DNA from: a virus
Taxonomy: Duplodnaviria; Caudoviricetes
DNA length: 56,614 nt
Strand: one strand, 5' to 3'
Virus record (IMG/VR): IMGVR_UViG_3300005537_000031
Span: 1 to 56,614 of that record
Shown here: piece by piece, positions 10,360-19,442 of the stretch
Position numbering within the stretch: position 1 is the stretch's first letter
Layout of the letters: each line of letters opens with the position of its first letter
Notes under the pieces: generated by a model
Seen by the model: only the letters and a program-made list of their open reading frames with translations
The model's database searches: none
Told to the model about the DNA's origin: nothing
Program-made: the position numbers and the translations under genes

Positions 10360-11346
10360 TCAGGCGATTCCTGTTATTTTTATCCCCATCCTGGGCGATA
10401 TGTTTGACAATTGCCAGGTTAAATAAAGTGTGGAGACCAAAACTCGCTGATTTGTAGGTTTCATGAACGGATCGACGTTAAAATAATCCGCTTCATGAAA
10501 CACCGGGAACATGTACTTCGAGTTCAACAGATACGCCACGTTCGCGGGGCAGAAGAAATCCGGAATCGTGATGGCGTTGTTGAACAGGAAGTGGTTGCGG
10601 AACCCCACCTGCAAGGCTTCGTCGTCCTGCATGCCCTGGCCGAAGCGGATCAGCCCGGTGAATGCGTTCTTGAAGTTGGCGTACCGCGTGCGGTCCATCG
10701 GGAACATGTCCGGCTCGTCGTAGCCCCAGGTCACGGTCTGGTAGGCGACTTCGGCCACGGAGGCTTGGAGGTTGCCGCCGCCGTTGGCCTGGTTCGCTGG
10801 CGGCTGGAAGAAAGCGTTCGCAGCCTGGGAGCGGTCGATGCCCGCGATCACGTTGGCCGTCTGGCCGACCCAGCTGTCGATGTCGTCGATGTCGTTGGTC
10901 GTGTTCTGCGGGGCGGTGTGCCAGAGCGCGCGGGAGAGTTTTTGCAGGAAGCTCGCGGATGCCGTCTGATACTTCGCCCGGATGATGTCGAGGTTCCCGG
11001 CCCCGCCGCGGTTCAGGATGATATCGGTGATCGGAATCACGATCGGCTGCCGGATCGGACGCCACTGCTGGTTGGCTGGCTGGATCGAGTCCACCACGGA
11101 GGTGTCCAGGAGCTGATCGCCGAAGTAGGATCCACCGGGGGTTTCTTCCTGGTTGATCTCGGGGAAGATCAGCTCGCCCGCGCCGAACTTCTTGCCCTCG
11201 CGGGTGAAGCCCCAGAACACGGGGGAGGGGCGGAACACGTTGTCACCGAGCACCGGGACGATGTACTTCTGCGAGATGGCGTTGACGGTGTTCGAGAGTT
11301 GGACCGGCGGGGAAGCTAGTCCGAGTCCTACGACGCTGGGTGCCAT
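10360..11346 (-). CDS. Major capsid protein (HK97 fold)
   Basis: 328 aa with IAGIDRS, DFFCPANVAYLLNSKY and LTWQLSNISPRMG; follows the scaffold; strong RBS and GC3 bias. Confidence 0.85.
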   Translation of the reverse strand: MAPSVVGLGLASPPVQLSNTVNAISQKYIVPVLGDNVFRPSPVFWGFTREGKKFGAGELIFPEINQEETPGGSYFGDQLLDTSVVDSIQPANQQWRPIRQPIVIPITDIILNRGGAGNLDIIRAKYQTASASFLQKLSRALWHTAPQNTTNDIDDIDSWVGQTANVIAGIDRSQAANAFFQPPANQANGGGNLQASVAEVAYQTVTWGYDEPDMFPMDRTRYANFKNAFTGLIRFGQGMQDDEALQVGFRNHFLFNNAITIPDFFCPANVAYLLNSKYMFPVFHEADYFNVDPFMKPTNQRVLVSTLYLTWQLSNISPRMGIKITGIA

Positions 11347-11382
11347 GTTGTTGCTCCTTCGCTTGCGCTGAGTAAATTCTTT

Positions 11383-11428
11383 GCTGCGTTATTGTGTTAC
11401 TGCGTTATTGCACTATTACGTTATTACT
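11383..11428 (-). repeat. Short AAT/CAA-rich repeats in the MCP leader
   Basis: CAATAACGCAG twice plus TAATAACGTAA on the minus strand. Confidence 0.5.
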
Positions 11429-12281
11429 GCACGCCGCCTGCGGGAACGCCCGCCAGCATGCGCTGGATGTCTGAATCGTTCAGTGCCTCGTGAAGCTGGT
11501 GCTCAATAGTATGGGTGCGTCCCTTGCCATCGACTGGAGGCTTCATGTGCGAGTGGCCGGGAGCGCCCGCTCCGGGGCGAACACTGTCAGCGAGGGCTTG
11601 CTGCCTCGCACGCTCAGCTCCACGGGCCTCGGCGGCTTCGATCTCCTTCTTATGCCGGGCCTCATAGGTCAGGTCTTGGACTGCCTTGTTGATGTTGTAC
11701 CTGCCGGTCTTATCGCGGAGGTTGTTCTCGTCCGCGTACTTCAGCGCGGTCTGGAGATCGAGCTTCACGCCTTCGGGGATGTCCTTGGAGAGATCACGGA
11801 ACGACCGCTCGTAGTGATCGTCCATGTTCACCTTCAGCGCGATGCCGAGGGCCTTGCGGGTGTCGGCCAGCTCCTTGGACATCTTGTCAGCTGCGGCCTT
11901 GACCTCAGCGACGCCGAATTTCTTTTCCAGAGCGGTGATCACTGCCGGGTCGATATCGGCGAGTGGATCGTCGGAGGGTTTATTGTCACCTCCGCCAGCC
12001 GCACCGCGAGGCTTGATGTCGTCCAGCTGCCCCTCGATCAGCTTATCAATGGGGATGCCCATCTTGTCGGCCACGGTCTGTAGCGTATTCGCCAGCGCGG
12101 ACTGCGCGCGAACCAGATTCGCCTCGCGGGCTTCGAGTTCGGCGGTCGAGCCGCCTTCCGATTCCGCGTCCATCGAGCGGAGTTCGCCCACGGTGAAGGA
12201 CTCGTCCCCGACGGCGATCACGAGATCGTCCTTCAGGGATTTGTTTTCGATGATTTTCTGCAATTTTCCGGGCTTCTTCAT
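11424..12281 (-). CDS. Capsid scaffolding protein
   Basis: 285 aa, acidic and helical, directly upstream of the MCP. Confidence 0.65.
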   Translation of the reverse strand: MKKPGKLQKIIENKSLKDDLVIAVGDESFTVGELRSMDAESEGGSTAELEAREANLVRAQSALANTLQTVADKMGIPIDKLIEGQLDDIKPRGAAGGGDNKPSDDPLADIDPAVITALEKKFGVAEVKAAADKMSKELADTRKALGIALKVNMDDHYERSFRDLSKDIPEGVKLDLQTALKYADENNLRDKTGRYNINKAVQDLTYEARHKKEIEAAEARGAERARQQALADSVRPGAGAPGHSHMKPPVDGKGRTHTIEHQLHEALNDSDIQRMLAGVPAGGVQ

Positions 12282-12302
12282 TGTCGTCTCCTAAAACTTG
12301 TG

Positions 12303-12731
12303 TTACATTCCGCCGCCGCCCATGTCATCCCCGCCACCACCACCCGCCTGTTGCATCATCCCCGGAGGGAGATTCGCCGAGTTGGCGATCTGCGGTCGCA
12401 CCGCGTTGAGCGTGGCTGCCGCCTTCTGGATGGGTTCCTTGGCCTTGGAGATGGCTTTCTGGGCGTCGGCGATCTTCTGCGCCGCGTCGGGGACCTGGGT
12501 AATCATCTGGATGTAGAGCGATGACAGCGCCTGGTTGATCTTGTCCAGGATTTTGATTGCGGCCTGAGGGTCTGCGCCCTGCATGCCTTGGTACTGGGAC
12601 TGGAGCTGGTCACCCGCCACGTCCGGTGAGGCTACGCCAGCCGCTCCGCCACCGGGGGATCCACGCTGGGCGAGCCGCTCCATGATCTTCTGCGTTAACA
12701 GAGCGGACATCGGACTGGTGCCAGCGGCCAC
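12303..12731 (-). CDS. Gln/Gly/Ala-rich hypothetical head-module protein
   Basis: 142 aa, GTG start with a GAGGGG RBS. Confidence 0.55.
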   Translation of the reverse strand: MAAGTSPMSALLTQKIMERLAQRGSPGGGAAGVASPDVAGDQLQSQYQGMQGADPQAAIKILDKINQALSSLYIQMITQVPDAAQKIADAQKAISKAKEPIQKAAATLNAVRPQIANSANLPPGMMQQAGGGGGDDMGGGGM

Positions 12732-12734
12732 CGG

Positions 12735-12851
12735 TTATCCCCTCTTACCCTTGCGCATGGCGCGCTTGGAGTTGTGGGACTTGTGGCGGATAGTGCCGCG
12801 CATGCCATACTGGCCACGGCCCATCAGTGATTTTCCCTTGCGGTGAGACAT
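12735..12851 (-). CDS. 38-aa basic peptide MSHRKGKSLMGRGQYGMRGTIRHKSHNSKRAMRKGKRG
   Basis: Translated by hand; GGAGG RBS; no acidic residues. Confidence 0.65.
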   Translation of the reverse strand: MSHRKGKSLMGRGQYGMRGTIRHKSHNSKRAMRKGKRG

Positions 12852-12861
12852 CGCGGGCCTC

Positions 12862-13023
12862 CTATTTCTTACCCTTCTTGCCGGGGATGAAGCCGAGCGG
12901 GTCGCCAGGCTTCAGGACTGGCGAGTTGTTGACTCCCGGACCTTTTTCGCCCTTGGGAGCTCCCACGGTCAGCGGGGACTTCAGGATTTCCTTATCGAAT
13001 GTGTTTCCGAACCGTTCCGGCAT
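12862..13023 (-). CDS. 53-aa Pro/Gly/Lys-rich peptide MPERFGNTFDK...FIPGKKGKK
   Basis: Translated by hand; GAGGAGG RBS; GC3-biased codons. Confidence 0.65.
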   Translation of the reverse strand: MPERFGNTFDKEILKSPLTVGAPKGEKGPGVNNSPVLKPGDPLGFIPGKKGKK

Positions 13024-13134
13024 GATGTACCTCCTCACGCAATCGGTTGATGAATCCCGCCCCGGCAGGTGCGTGGCCTGCCGGACACGAGATAACTAAG
13101 CTGTGTTTCCCCTTGTTAATTCTCGCTTCCGGAA

Positions 13135-13188
13135 TTACTTCCGTCCGCGATGCTTACGATGACCGCCACGTTTGTGCTTTCTCGCCAT
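13135..13188 (-). CDS. 17-aa basic peptide MARKHKRGGHRKHRGRK
   Basis: Translated by hand; AAGGAGG 9 nt before the ATG. Confidence 0.6.
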   Translation of the reverse strand: MARKHKRGGHRKHRGRK

Positions 13189-13293
13189 GGTAGTGATCCT
13201 CCTTCGCTGGTATTAGCCTGCGTACTGTGCTTGCTGCATACCGCCCGAGGCGCGAAGGCCAGCGCTAACGGGAGGTTCCGGGGAACTTGGATT

Positions 13294-13575
13294 CTATGTG
13301 GCCATCGCCATCTCCATCTCGGGAGTCACCGCCGGATTCGGATATCTCGCGTCGCCGTAGAGATCGATCATCGTCTGCGCGGAGCGCAGGAGATATGCCT
13401 CGAACTCATCGTCGCGAGGATATTGCTCCCGGCACGATGCGTGGATTTCCATCGAGGGTGAGAGTACTCCGTCGATGGCAACCTGCACGTCGAAGTACTC
13501 GCCCTCCTTGCGGAAGCGGATGATCTCGAACTGCGGAGGCCGTGCTGCTGTGGTCACGGGGAGAGCATACAGCAA
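13294..13575 (-). CDS. Hypothetical protein
   Basis: 93 aa with coding-like codon usage. Confidence 0.55.
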   Translation of the reverse strand: MLYALPVTTAARPPQFEIIRFRKEGEYFDVQVAIDGVLSPSMEIHASCREQYPRDDEFEAYLLRSAQTMIDLYGDARYPNPAVTPEMEMAMAT

Positions 13576-13626
13576 GGGTGGAAGGATTATGTATTGGTTA
13601 TGACAGTGATGCGGAACGCGGGAGGC

Positions 13627-13842
13627 TCAGATGATGTTCTGTATCCACAAGCGTCCCCGTCGATCTCTCATGTGCGGGATGGAGAACGCGGAGAGGCGAC
13701 CGGTGCGGTGCCACATGTAGACCGTGTTCAGCGGGCGGTGGACAGCACGGGCGTATTCAGCTGGAGTAAGCCAGTGGTTACGCCACTCCATGCGGAGGAG
13801 GGTAGAGCAGTCGGCGATGACGGGGAGGATGGATTCGCTCAT
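13627..13842 (-). CDS. Small HTH (Xis/MerR-like) DNA-binding protein
   Basis: WLTPAEYARAVHRPLNTVYMWHRTGRL winged-HTH pattern. Confidence 0.6.
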   Translation of the reverse strand: MSESILPVIADCSTLLRMEWRNHWLTPAEYARAVHRPLNTVYMWHRTGRLSAFSIPHMRDRRGRLWIQNII

Positions 13843-14030
13843 GTTAACTTGTCACCATTAAGCCAATCTGTCATTGGCTTCAAGCCACTCACGTTGTCGA
13901 ACATTTCATATTCAAAATCTTCTGCAAGACAATTATTTGCCTGCTCACGTTCAAAGTCATCCACGGCTTCGCGTAATTTATTTATTACTTCTTTTTTGGT
14001 CTTACCGGATGCAGTAACCACGGCCATCAT
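13839..14030 (-). CDS. AT-rich 63-aa inserted gene (moron-like)
   Basis: ATGA overlap with the portal stop; AT-rich codons. Confidence 0.5.
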   Translation of the reverse strand: MMAVVTASGKTKKEVINKLREAVDDFEREQANNCLAEDFEYEMFDNVSGLKPMTDWLNGDKLT

Positions 14031-15772
14031 CGTCTCACTCCTTTGGCTCTTGATAACGCCTCCAGCGCCATTTCCTGCTCGTGCTCCCGCGCTATCTCCT
14101 CCGCATGCGGGAAGTTCAGCATGTTCAACCCACGGCGCACGGAAAGTATCTTGTTCTTCATCAGCTCCGGGGCCATCTTGCGGAGCACCGTCTGTGATAG
14201 TGGCTGGATGGAGGCCTCGTCCACCTCCACGTCGAAGATGTCCGGGCGACCCTGCATGAGGTAGTCCAGCGGCTTCCACTCGACCGGCTTGCGGCCTTCG
14301 TCGGAGGGCACGAGGTTGGTGCGGCGAAGGTGATAGAACCTGGCCATAGAGTAGAACCACAGTTCAGAGAACAGTTGGAACGATACTGCGCCGAGGCGAC
14401 CCCGTAACTGTGTCAACCCCTGCGCACGGAGCACGGACTCGTCATACAACTCTGGACTGAGGTTCCCTGCCCCGGGATTGCCCGAACGCGCGGGCGTAAA
14501 TCCCTGCAACGCCTTCTGCCGGTCGAGTAGACTCGCTGGTATCTGAGTGAAATGCGCTGGCATCTGCGACGGAAACACGCACTGCGGCACCTGCGACTGG
14601 GGATTGATGACGCAGACCTCGCCGGGAATGCCACCGAACGCCTCCACGTCGATGCCGGTGTTCGAATGGATGAACCAGATGCCGTTGTTCAGACGCACGG
14701 CGTTCTCAAACACTCCAGTCATCAGGCGTTCGGCCACGTTCTGGAGGGTCACGGAGTAGCGAATCGCAGGGACTCCCCAGATGCCGAACAGTGGAGGCAT
14801 GGACCAGAACGGCACCGTGGGGAACATGCCCAGCGGCCAGGGGTTGTCGCCGTCGGAGAGGATGCGCCCTTCGCACTCGATGATAAGGCGGCCATTCGGG
14901 TATTTCCATTCCAGGTCGGGGGAGGTGCCGTTGCCGCGGTTCTTGTCCGGGTCGGTGATCTCTCCGCCAGGGAGTTGTTTCTTTTCCACGCGACTGGCGA
15001 TGCGGGTGTAATCCTGGCAGTAGGTGTAGCGAACACGCAGGCGGGGGTCGAACGGCGCGGCTTTGTTCGAGGGCAGACCTCCGACGGATGACATCGGGCC
15101 ATCGGGCATCGTGAGTCCGGTTCCCGCTGGGCCGAGGAGAGAGTGTCGCGGTGTAGTGGTGGGCCGGGATTTCAATCCGACTGAAGTCAAGGGCCAGCGG
15201 CGACGGATTTCATCGACGTGGATGTAGTCTTCGAGAATTTCAAACGAGCGGTCGAGGTCATAGTCCGTCACCGGATCGGGATAGTAGCTGGCGGGATTCC
15301 TCGCCTTGGCCCAGAGCATGCCCTTGCCACCACGGGCTTCGGGGTTGAGTCCAATCTGTAGAACTCCCAGCCCGCCGAACAGCGACCACAGCATCGCGAA
15401 CATCGCGTGGTAATTCACCCTCGCCTTGCGCCACTCGGCTTGGAAGGTCTTCTCGCGGTCTTCCTCCTGCGCGCCGGACTGCTGATTCGTTATATAAACA
15501 CGCGGGCTGCTCTCGCTGAGGTCGTTGGCCTCGTAGAGCATCAGCGTTTGCAACTCAGGGATTTTTATGGACGGGCGGAACGTGGGGACAGGGCTGCCGG
15601 ATGCTCCGCTGTCGGAAAGGGTGTAGAACTCCTGAATGTCTTGGAGATAATTCTGGCCGAGTACCTTGTCACGCTGCTCCGCTGATAATCTTTGCCACTC
15701 GTCCAGGTGGCGAGAAAGTGGAGAGATATCGGCGGAGTCGCCGGACTTCTTCGTGGTGAATGCGGTTGCCAT
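14027..15772 (-). CDS. Portal protein
   Basis: 581 aa with RNPASYYPDP, ILSDGDNPWPLGMFPTV and FDVEVDEAS; downstream of TerL. Confidence 0.85.
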   Translation of the reverse strand: MATAFTTKKSGDSADISPLSRHLDEWQRLSAEQRDKVLGQNYLQDIQEFYTLSDSGASGSPVPTFRPSIKIPELQTLMLYEANDLSESSPRVYITNQQSGAQEEDREKTFQAEWRKARVNYHAMFAMLWSLFGGLGVLQIGLNPEARGGKGMLWAKARNPASYYPDPVTDYDLDRSFEILEDYIHVDEIRRRWPLTSVGLKSRPTTTPRHSLLGPAGTGLTMPDGPMSSVGGLPSNKAAPFDPRLRVRYTYCQDYTRIASRVEKKQLPGGEITDPDKNRGNGTSPDLEWKYPNGRLIIECEGRILSDGDNPWPLGMFPTVPFWSMPPLFGIWGVPAIRYSVTLQNVAERLMTGVFENAVRLNNGIWFIHSNTGIDVEAFGGIPGEVCVINPQSQVPQCVFPSQMPAHFTQIPASLLDRQKALQGFTPARSGNPGAGNLSPELYDESVLRAQGLTQLRGRLGAVSFQLFSELWFYSMARFYHLRRTNLVPSDEGRKPVEWKPLDYLMQGRPDIFDVEVDEASIQPLSQTVLRKMAPELMKNKILSVRRGLNMLNFPHAEEIAREHEQEMALEALSRAKGVRR

Positions 15773-15905
15773 TAGTCTAACAAGAAGTAGTAACGCCTCT
15801 CTGGCAGGTAAACTGAGAACCCCACCGCTTCCTCGGGAAGATAACAGTTAAACTTCCTCAAGGCCTCGCGCCGCGTTATCGCTCTGCCAATGGTTCTACA
15901 CATGA

Positions 15906-16043
15906 TTATTTCCGCTTCCCCGGTCGCGGCGGAGTCATACGGTTCGGTGACTTCGTGCCGTGACGCAGCCGTGGCCCACGCTGGGCCTCTTCGTTCGTGC
16001 CTCCGTAGTTGTTGTCCGCGATGACAATCGGCCCCTTGGCCAT
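15906..16043 (-). CDS. 45-aa peptide with a basic tail (MAKGPIV...RPGKRK)
   Basis: Translated by hand; GAGG RBS. Confidence 0.5.
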   Translation of the reverse strand: MAKGPIVIADNNYGGTNEEAQRGPRLRHGTKSPNRMTPPRPGKRK

Positions 16044-16045
16044 GG

Positions 16046-16627
16046 CTACTTCACCTCTGCGGGGATAGTATCACGCTTCCCCGATTCAGCAACATCGAAT
16101 TCGTCAGTCGCTGCTTCCTCGCCGCGCAGCCACGCTCCCACCAGCGCCGCCGCGTCCTTGCCAGAGTCCTCATCGCCGGACGATCCCATGTACTCCTCCA
16201 GTTTTTGCATCGTGTCGATCATCTGCGGGAGGGTGATCTGGCCGGACATGATAAGGACTTCGGCGTTCGAGGAGAGATCGCGCTGGAGCTGGCGCCACGC
16301 GGCTCCCTTGCGGGCGTCACGTTCACTGGAGAAGGCGGCGAATATCTTGGATAGAACCGCCCGCGCCGATGTGATCTTCTCTGGCTCTATTGCTTCCGGT
16401 TCTGCCACGGGTACTCGCGGTTTGAGTTTTCCCTCTCCTGCGCCTGTCGCCTGGCGTTGGCCGTTCTTTTTACTGTTTTGTCCTGCTCCAGCAGGTAGAG
16501 ATCGAGGTCGCTCTTTGTGGTCGGAGCGCGGTTGTTCAGTGTGTTCACTGCCAGAACCTCCGGTGAGGTCATGGTAGGCTTGGTCTGCCCAGTCGGCTGT
16601 GGTGGCGGGTTCGTTGGCGTCGGGCAT
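16046..16627 (-). CDS. Hypothetical protein (possible small terminase subunit)
   Basis: AAGGAGG RBS; helical C-terminal half; overlaps the upstream ORF. Confidence 0.5.
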   Translation of the reverse strand: MPDANEPATTADWADQAYHDLTGGSGSEHTEQPRSDHKERPRSLPAGAGQNSKKNGQRQATGAGEGKLKPRVPVAEPEAIEPEKITSARAVLSKIFAAFSSERDARKGAAWRQLQRDLSSNAEVLIMSGQITLPQMIDTMQKLEEYMGSSGDEDSGKDAAALVGAWLRGEEAATDEFDVAESGKRDTIPAEVK

Positions 16628-16821
16628 TCGATGGCCTCCTTCGATGGTACGTAGTAGATTCTGGCTCCAAGGCGCAGCGTCAGCGTCGCGGCGTTGTCGG
16701 AGCTGATGTTCTGGAGCGATAGCTCAAGGCCAAGCTGCTGGAGTTCGGACAGCGGACAGGTGAATGTGCCGCCGTACTGGGCCAACAACTGTATGAGAGC
16801 TTTAAGGAACTCTGAATTCAC
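16387..16821 (-). CDS. Hypothetical protein
   Basis: GTGA overlap with the TerL stop; GGAGG RBS. Confidence 0.5.
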   Translation of the reverse strand: MNSEFLKALIQLLAQYGGTFTCPLSELQQLGLELSLQNISSDNAATLTLRLGARIYYVPSKEAIECPTPTNPPPQPTGQTKPTMTSPEVLAVNTLNNRAPTTKSDLDLYLLEQDKTVKRTANARRQAQERENSNREYPWQNRKQ

Positions 16822-18584
16822 ACGCCCTCCAGATTAGCGCCAGCAGTCTTTTTCTTCCCCTTGTTGATCGCGTCCAGCGCCTTCAGATGCCGGTTCCCGT
16901 GATCAAGCAACATTCCCATGTCGGTGGTGAACGGATCAAGCGCCCAGCTCACACCGGGGATTTGGTTGCCATCACCGGATGGCTTGTCCAAGGTCTCCGC
17001 CCTCCCCTTGCCGATCCTCGCCGTGTGATATTGCTCGACGGCGATCCACCCGAGCAGTCCCGCCATGAAAATGTCATCGTGTCCCTTGATGACCTGCCAG
17101 TTCCATGCCATCTCCATCTGCGCGCGGGACATCTGGGCGAGGAATTGCTGGTCGGTAACGTGGGCCTCACCTCTTCTCAATGCCAATCTAAACCTGTCGA
17201 ACAGCATGCGCCGCGAGCGTTGCGTGGTTTCCCATCCGAGAGCAGTGGAGGCTTTCGCATGGACTTTATCATCACGGGACCCACGCCAGAGATATTGCTG
17301 TGGGTAGTAGTAGCGATCGCGGAGTTCCTGCGCCGCCGTGGCCCCCCAACCGCCGGTGAACTCGATGTTTATCATTGCGGAATTGTAATAACGTCCCAAT
17401 CCGTTGAGGAAATACGCGAGAGTCTCAGGAGGGATGCGTTCGGCGAATCGGAACGCCATTCTACCAGTATCACCGTTCCATCCGACAATAGCCGCGAAGT
17501 CACCAGTTCCCACTCCCTTCGCAGCGTCAGCTCCAATGTAGTATTGTCCTTTTTCTGTTGGCAGTTCCCAGACACGGATTTCTCCTTCCGGACGTTCCTC
17601 GAAGATTGGAATCCCGCCCTCGGTGGTAATGATGGTACCACGCAGGATCGGCTTCTGGTTGTCGCGCTTGGCCGCGGATAGTTCAATCGAGTCGAACGCC
17701 GGACGACCACTGGAGATGAATCCCTCTTCAGGAGTAGATGGGTAATCCTGCTTCATGAGATCGTGGTTACCCGCGCAGGCTTTGGCCATGGTCCAGCGAT
17801 ACCATGCGATCTGGTTCTTGGTGCAGTTGAATTCCCGCGCCAGCCATTTCTCATACTCTCCCTTGGGAGCGTCCTTGGCGAGAATCCGCGTTTCCTCATC
17901 CGAGAGCGAGAACCCCGGATCCTCATGCCACGGCATGAATATCGGGATGAATCCGTTGGCCCCGTCCACTGCGTCATGCCAGTAGTTGTAGAACGCCTGG
18001 CCCGGGCCTTCGATGCCGTTCGGTGTGGTCTCGATGATGATAATGTTGTCCGGGTCCTTGGAGACGGTGTTCACCATGGAGACGAAGGACTCCTCTCCGG
18101 GGTAGTAGCTCGCCTCAGATAATAGAACCGCGCTGGCAGTGAGCCCGCGGCCACCGATCACGGTCTTCGCGGTCGCGCGAGTCAGCTTGGAGTAATGCCC
18201 ACCCTGAAAGTTATAGGTGATCTGCGTCTTATCGGATTTGATGTCCACACCACGACGTTGCATCGCCTCCGCGAACGGCTGCGCACGCTCCTCGTAGAGT
18301 TCCTTGGCGGTTTTATCCAGCTGCGCGACGATGACGGACTTGCCCCCGCGCTTGGCCATGTTGTGCGCAGTCAGGAGCGCGACGGCCCAAGTGGATCCTC
18401 CCGTGCGACGGGACTTGTAGAGGATGACCTGGAGAGGCATGTTCGGACGGTAGTGCTCGCGGATCTCGCGCATGATGCGTTGTTGCGAGGGAGCAAAGTG
18501 GAACGGCACCGTGCGTCCGGTGTCGCGGTCGCGTATGGGGAGGCGGCTGCAAAAACTCTCGAATCTGGATAGATCAAGTGGCAA
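16818..18584 (-). CDS. terL: Terminase large subunit
   Basis: Walker A LYKSRRTGGST, Walker B VLLSEAS, coupling motif ETTPNG, RNase H-like IGADAAKG...GDF...GHDD. Confidence 0.92.
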   Translation of the reverse strand: MPLDLSRFESFCSRLPIRDRDTGRTVPFHFAPSQQRIMREIREHYRPNMPLQVILYKSRRTGGSTWAVALLTAHNMAKRGGKSVIVAQLDKTAKELYEERAQPFAEAMQRRGVDIKSDKTQITYNFQGGHYSKLTRATAKTVIGGRGLTASAVLLSEASYYPGEESFVSMVNTVSKDPDNIIIIETTPNGIEGPGQAFYNYWHDAVDGANGFIPIFMPWHEDPGFSLSDEETRILAKDAPKGEYEKWLAREFNCTKNQIAWYRWTMAKACAGNHDLMKQDYPSTPEEGFISSGRPAFDSIELSAAKRDNQKPILRGTIITTEGGIPIFEERPEGEIRVWELPTEKGQYYIGADAAKGVGTGDFAAIVGWNGDTGRMAFRFAERIPPETLAYFLNGLGRYYNSAMINIEFTGGWGATAAQELRDRYYYPQQYLWRGSRDDKVHAKASTALGWETTQRSRRMLFDRFRLALRRGEAHVTDQQFLAQMSRAQMEMAWNWQVIKGHDDIFMAGLLGWIAVEQYHTARIGKGRAETLDKPSGDGNQIPGVSWALDPFTTDMGMLLDHGNRHLKALDAINKGKKKTAGANLEGV

Positions 18585-18783
18585 TGGGGTTTCCTACCTT
18601 TCTATCCCATGCCCGCAACATCATTTTACGTACCGTTATTAAAATGTGGGGAAGTTCTCTGAGATCGCAGTTGTCGTATTTACATATACGGTTCCAATGT
18701 TCTACCAGAAAGTCGTATCCTCCCAAGTACCACTCATAGGTACCGTCATCACAGGACTCGAAGCGGGCGAGGTCGAGGGGCAA
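18574..18783 (-). CDS. 69-aa inserted ORF beginning with a copy of the TerL N-terminus
   Basis: MPLDLARFES versus TerL MPLDLSRFES; AT-rich body. Confidence 0.55.
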   Translation of the reverse strand: MPLDLARFESCDDGTYEWYLGGYDFLVEHWNRICKYDNCDLRELPHILITVRKMMLRAWDRKVGNPIAT

Positions 18784-18791
18784 GGCAGCTC

Positions 18792-19436
18792 CTACTTTTT
18801 ATTCTTTCCCGCTCCGGTACCAGCGGCGAACTCTGCATCCTTCCGGATGTGCTCCTGGTAAATCTGCTGCTTGGACTTCTGGGTGGACGGCGCGTCTCCA
18901 GGCAACATCCCACGATCCTGCATCGCCGCGATGCCATGCTTGCGACGGTTCTCCTCCACGATACAGGCGTCGGAGCAGAAGTACTCGGTGATGAAGGCTC
19001 CGGTGGCGGAGTCTTTGCGTGGGCGCACCATGCGCCAGTTGCGATTGCCGAGCTGGCGTTTCGTGGTGCCGCACATGAGGCAGGCAGTGTCGAGGGTTTC
19101 CTGCGTGCGGCGGATCTCAATGGTACGAGCGGCCAGTTCACAACGAGCGCGCATCTTGGCCAGGAGGACGAAGCCTTCCTCGATGTCGATGGTCGAGAAG
19201 AAGTCTCGGACCTCCGTGTCGTACTCCGCCTCCGTGGCCCAGCGCGCATAGGCGAGTATCGACGCAGCTGCGGATGCCTTGGCCTTGTCGCCGTTGTGCG
19301 AGGCGTGGTTCAGCTCGGTCGCGGCCTCGGAGGGAGTGAGATCGAGGTCGTTGGCACTGAGGTCTCCGGGAGGGAGGACGGGTTCCGGGACTGCGGGGAC
19401 GGAGACTGCATGTTGTTTGGCCATTACGTGTGTCAC
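18792..19436 (-). CDS. Hypothetical protein with a TRASH/MYM-like zinc motif
   Basis: CLMC...YFCSDAC. Confidence 0.6.
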   Translation of the reverse strand: MTHVMAKQHAVSVPAVPEPVLPPGDLSANDLDLTPSEAATELNHASHNGDKAKASAAASILAYARWATEAEYDTEVRDFFSTIDIEEGFVLLAKMRARCELAARTIEIRRTQETLDTACLMCGTTKRQLGNRNWRMVRPRKDSATGAFITEYFCSDACIVEENRRKHGIAAMQDRGMLPGDAPSTQKSKQQIYQEHIRKDAEFAAGTGAGKNKK

Positions 19437-19442
19437 CTTTCG

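Noticed and set aside
9716-10360. Group I intron around the MCP-adjacent LAGLIDADG gene
   Set aside because: The MCP ends with a normal C-terminus and stop; I found no second exon or recognisable intron core
10493-11319. Alternative-frame ORFs within the MCP, and similar ones genome-wide
   Set aside because: Expected by-product of high GC3 codon bias
11383-11428. CRISPR-like or iteron array
   Set aside because: Only two to three short degenerate units with no spacers; more like an unstructured translation enhancer
13627-13842. Excisionase implying an integration module
   Set aside because: No tyrosine or serine recombinase or att site was recognised
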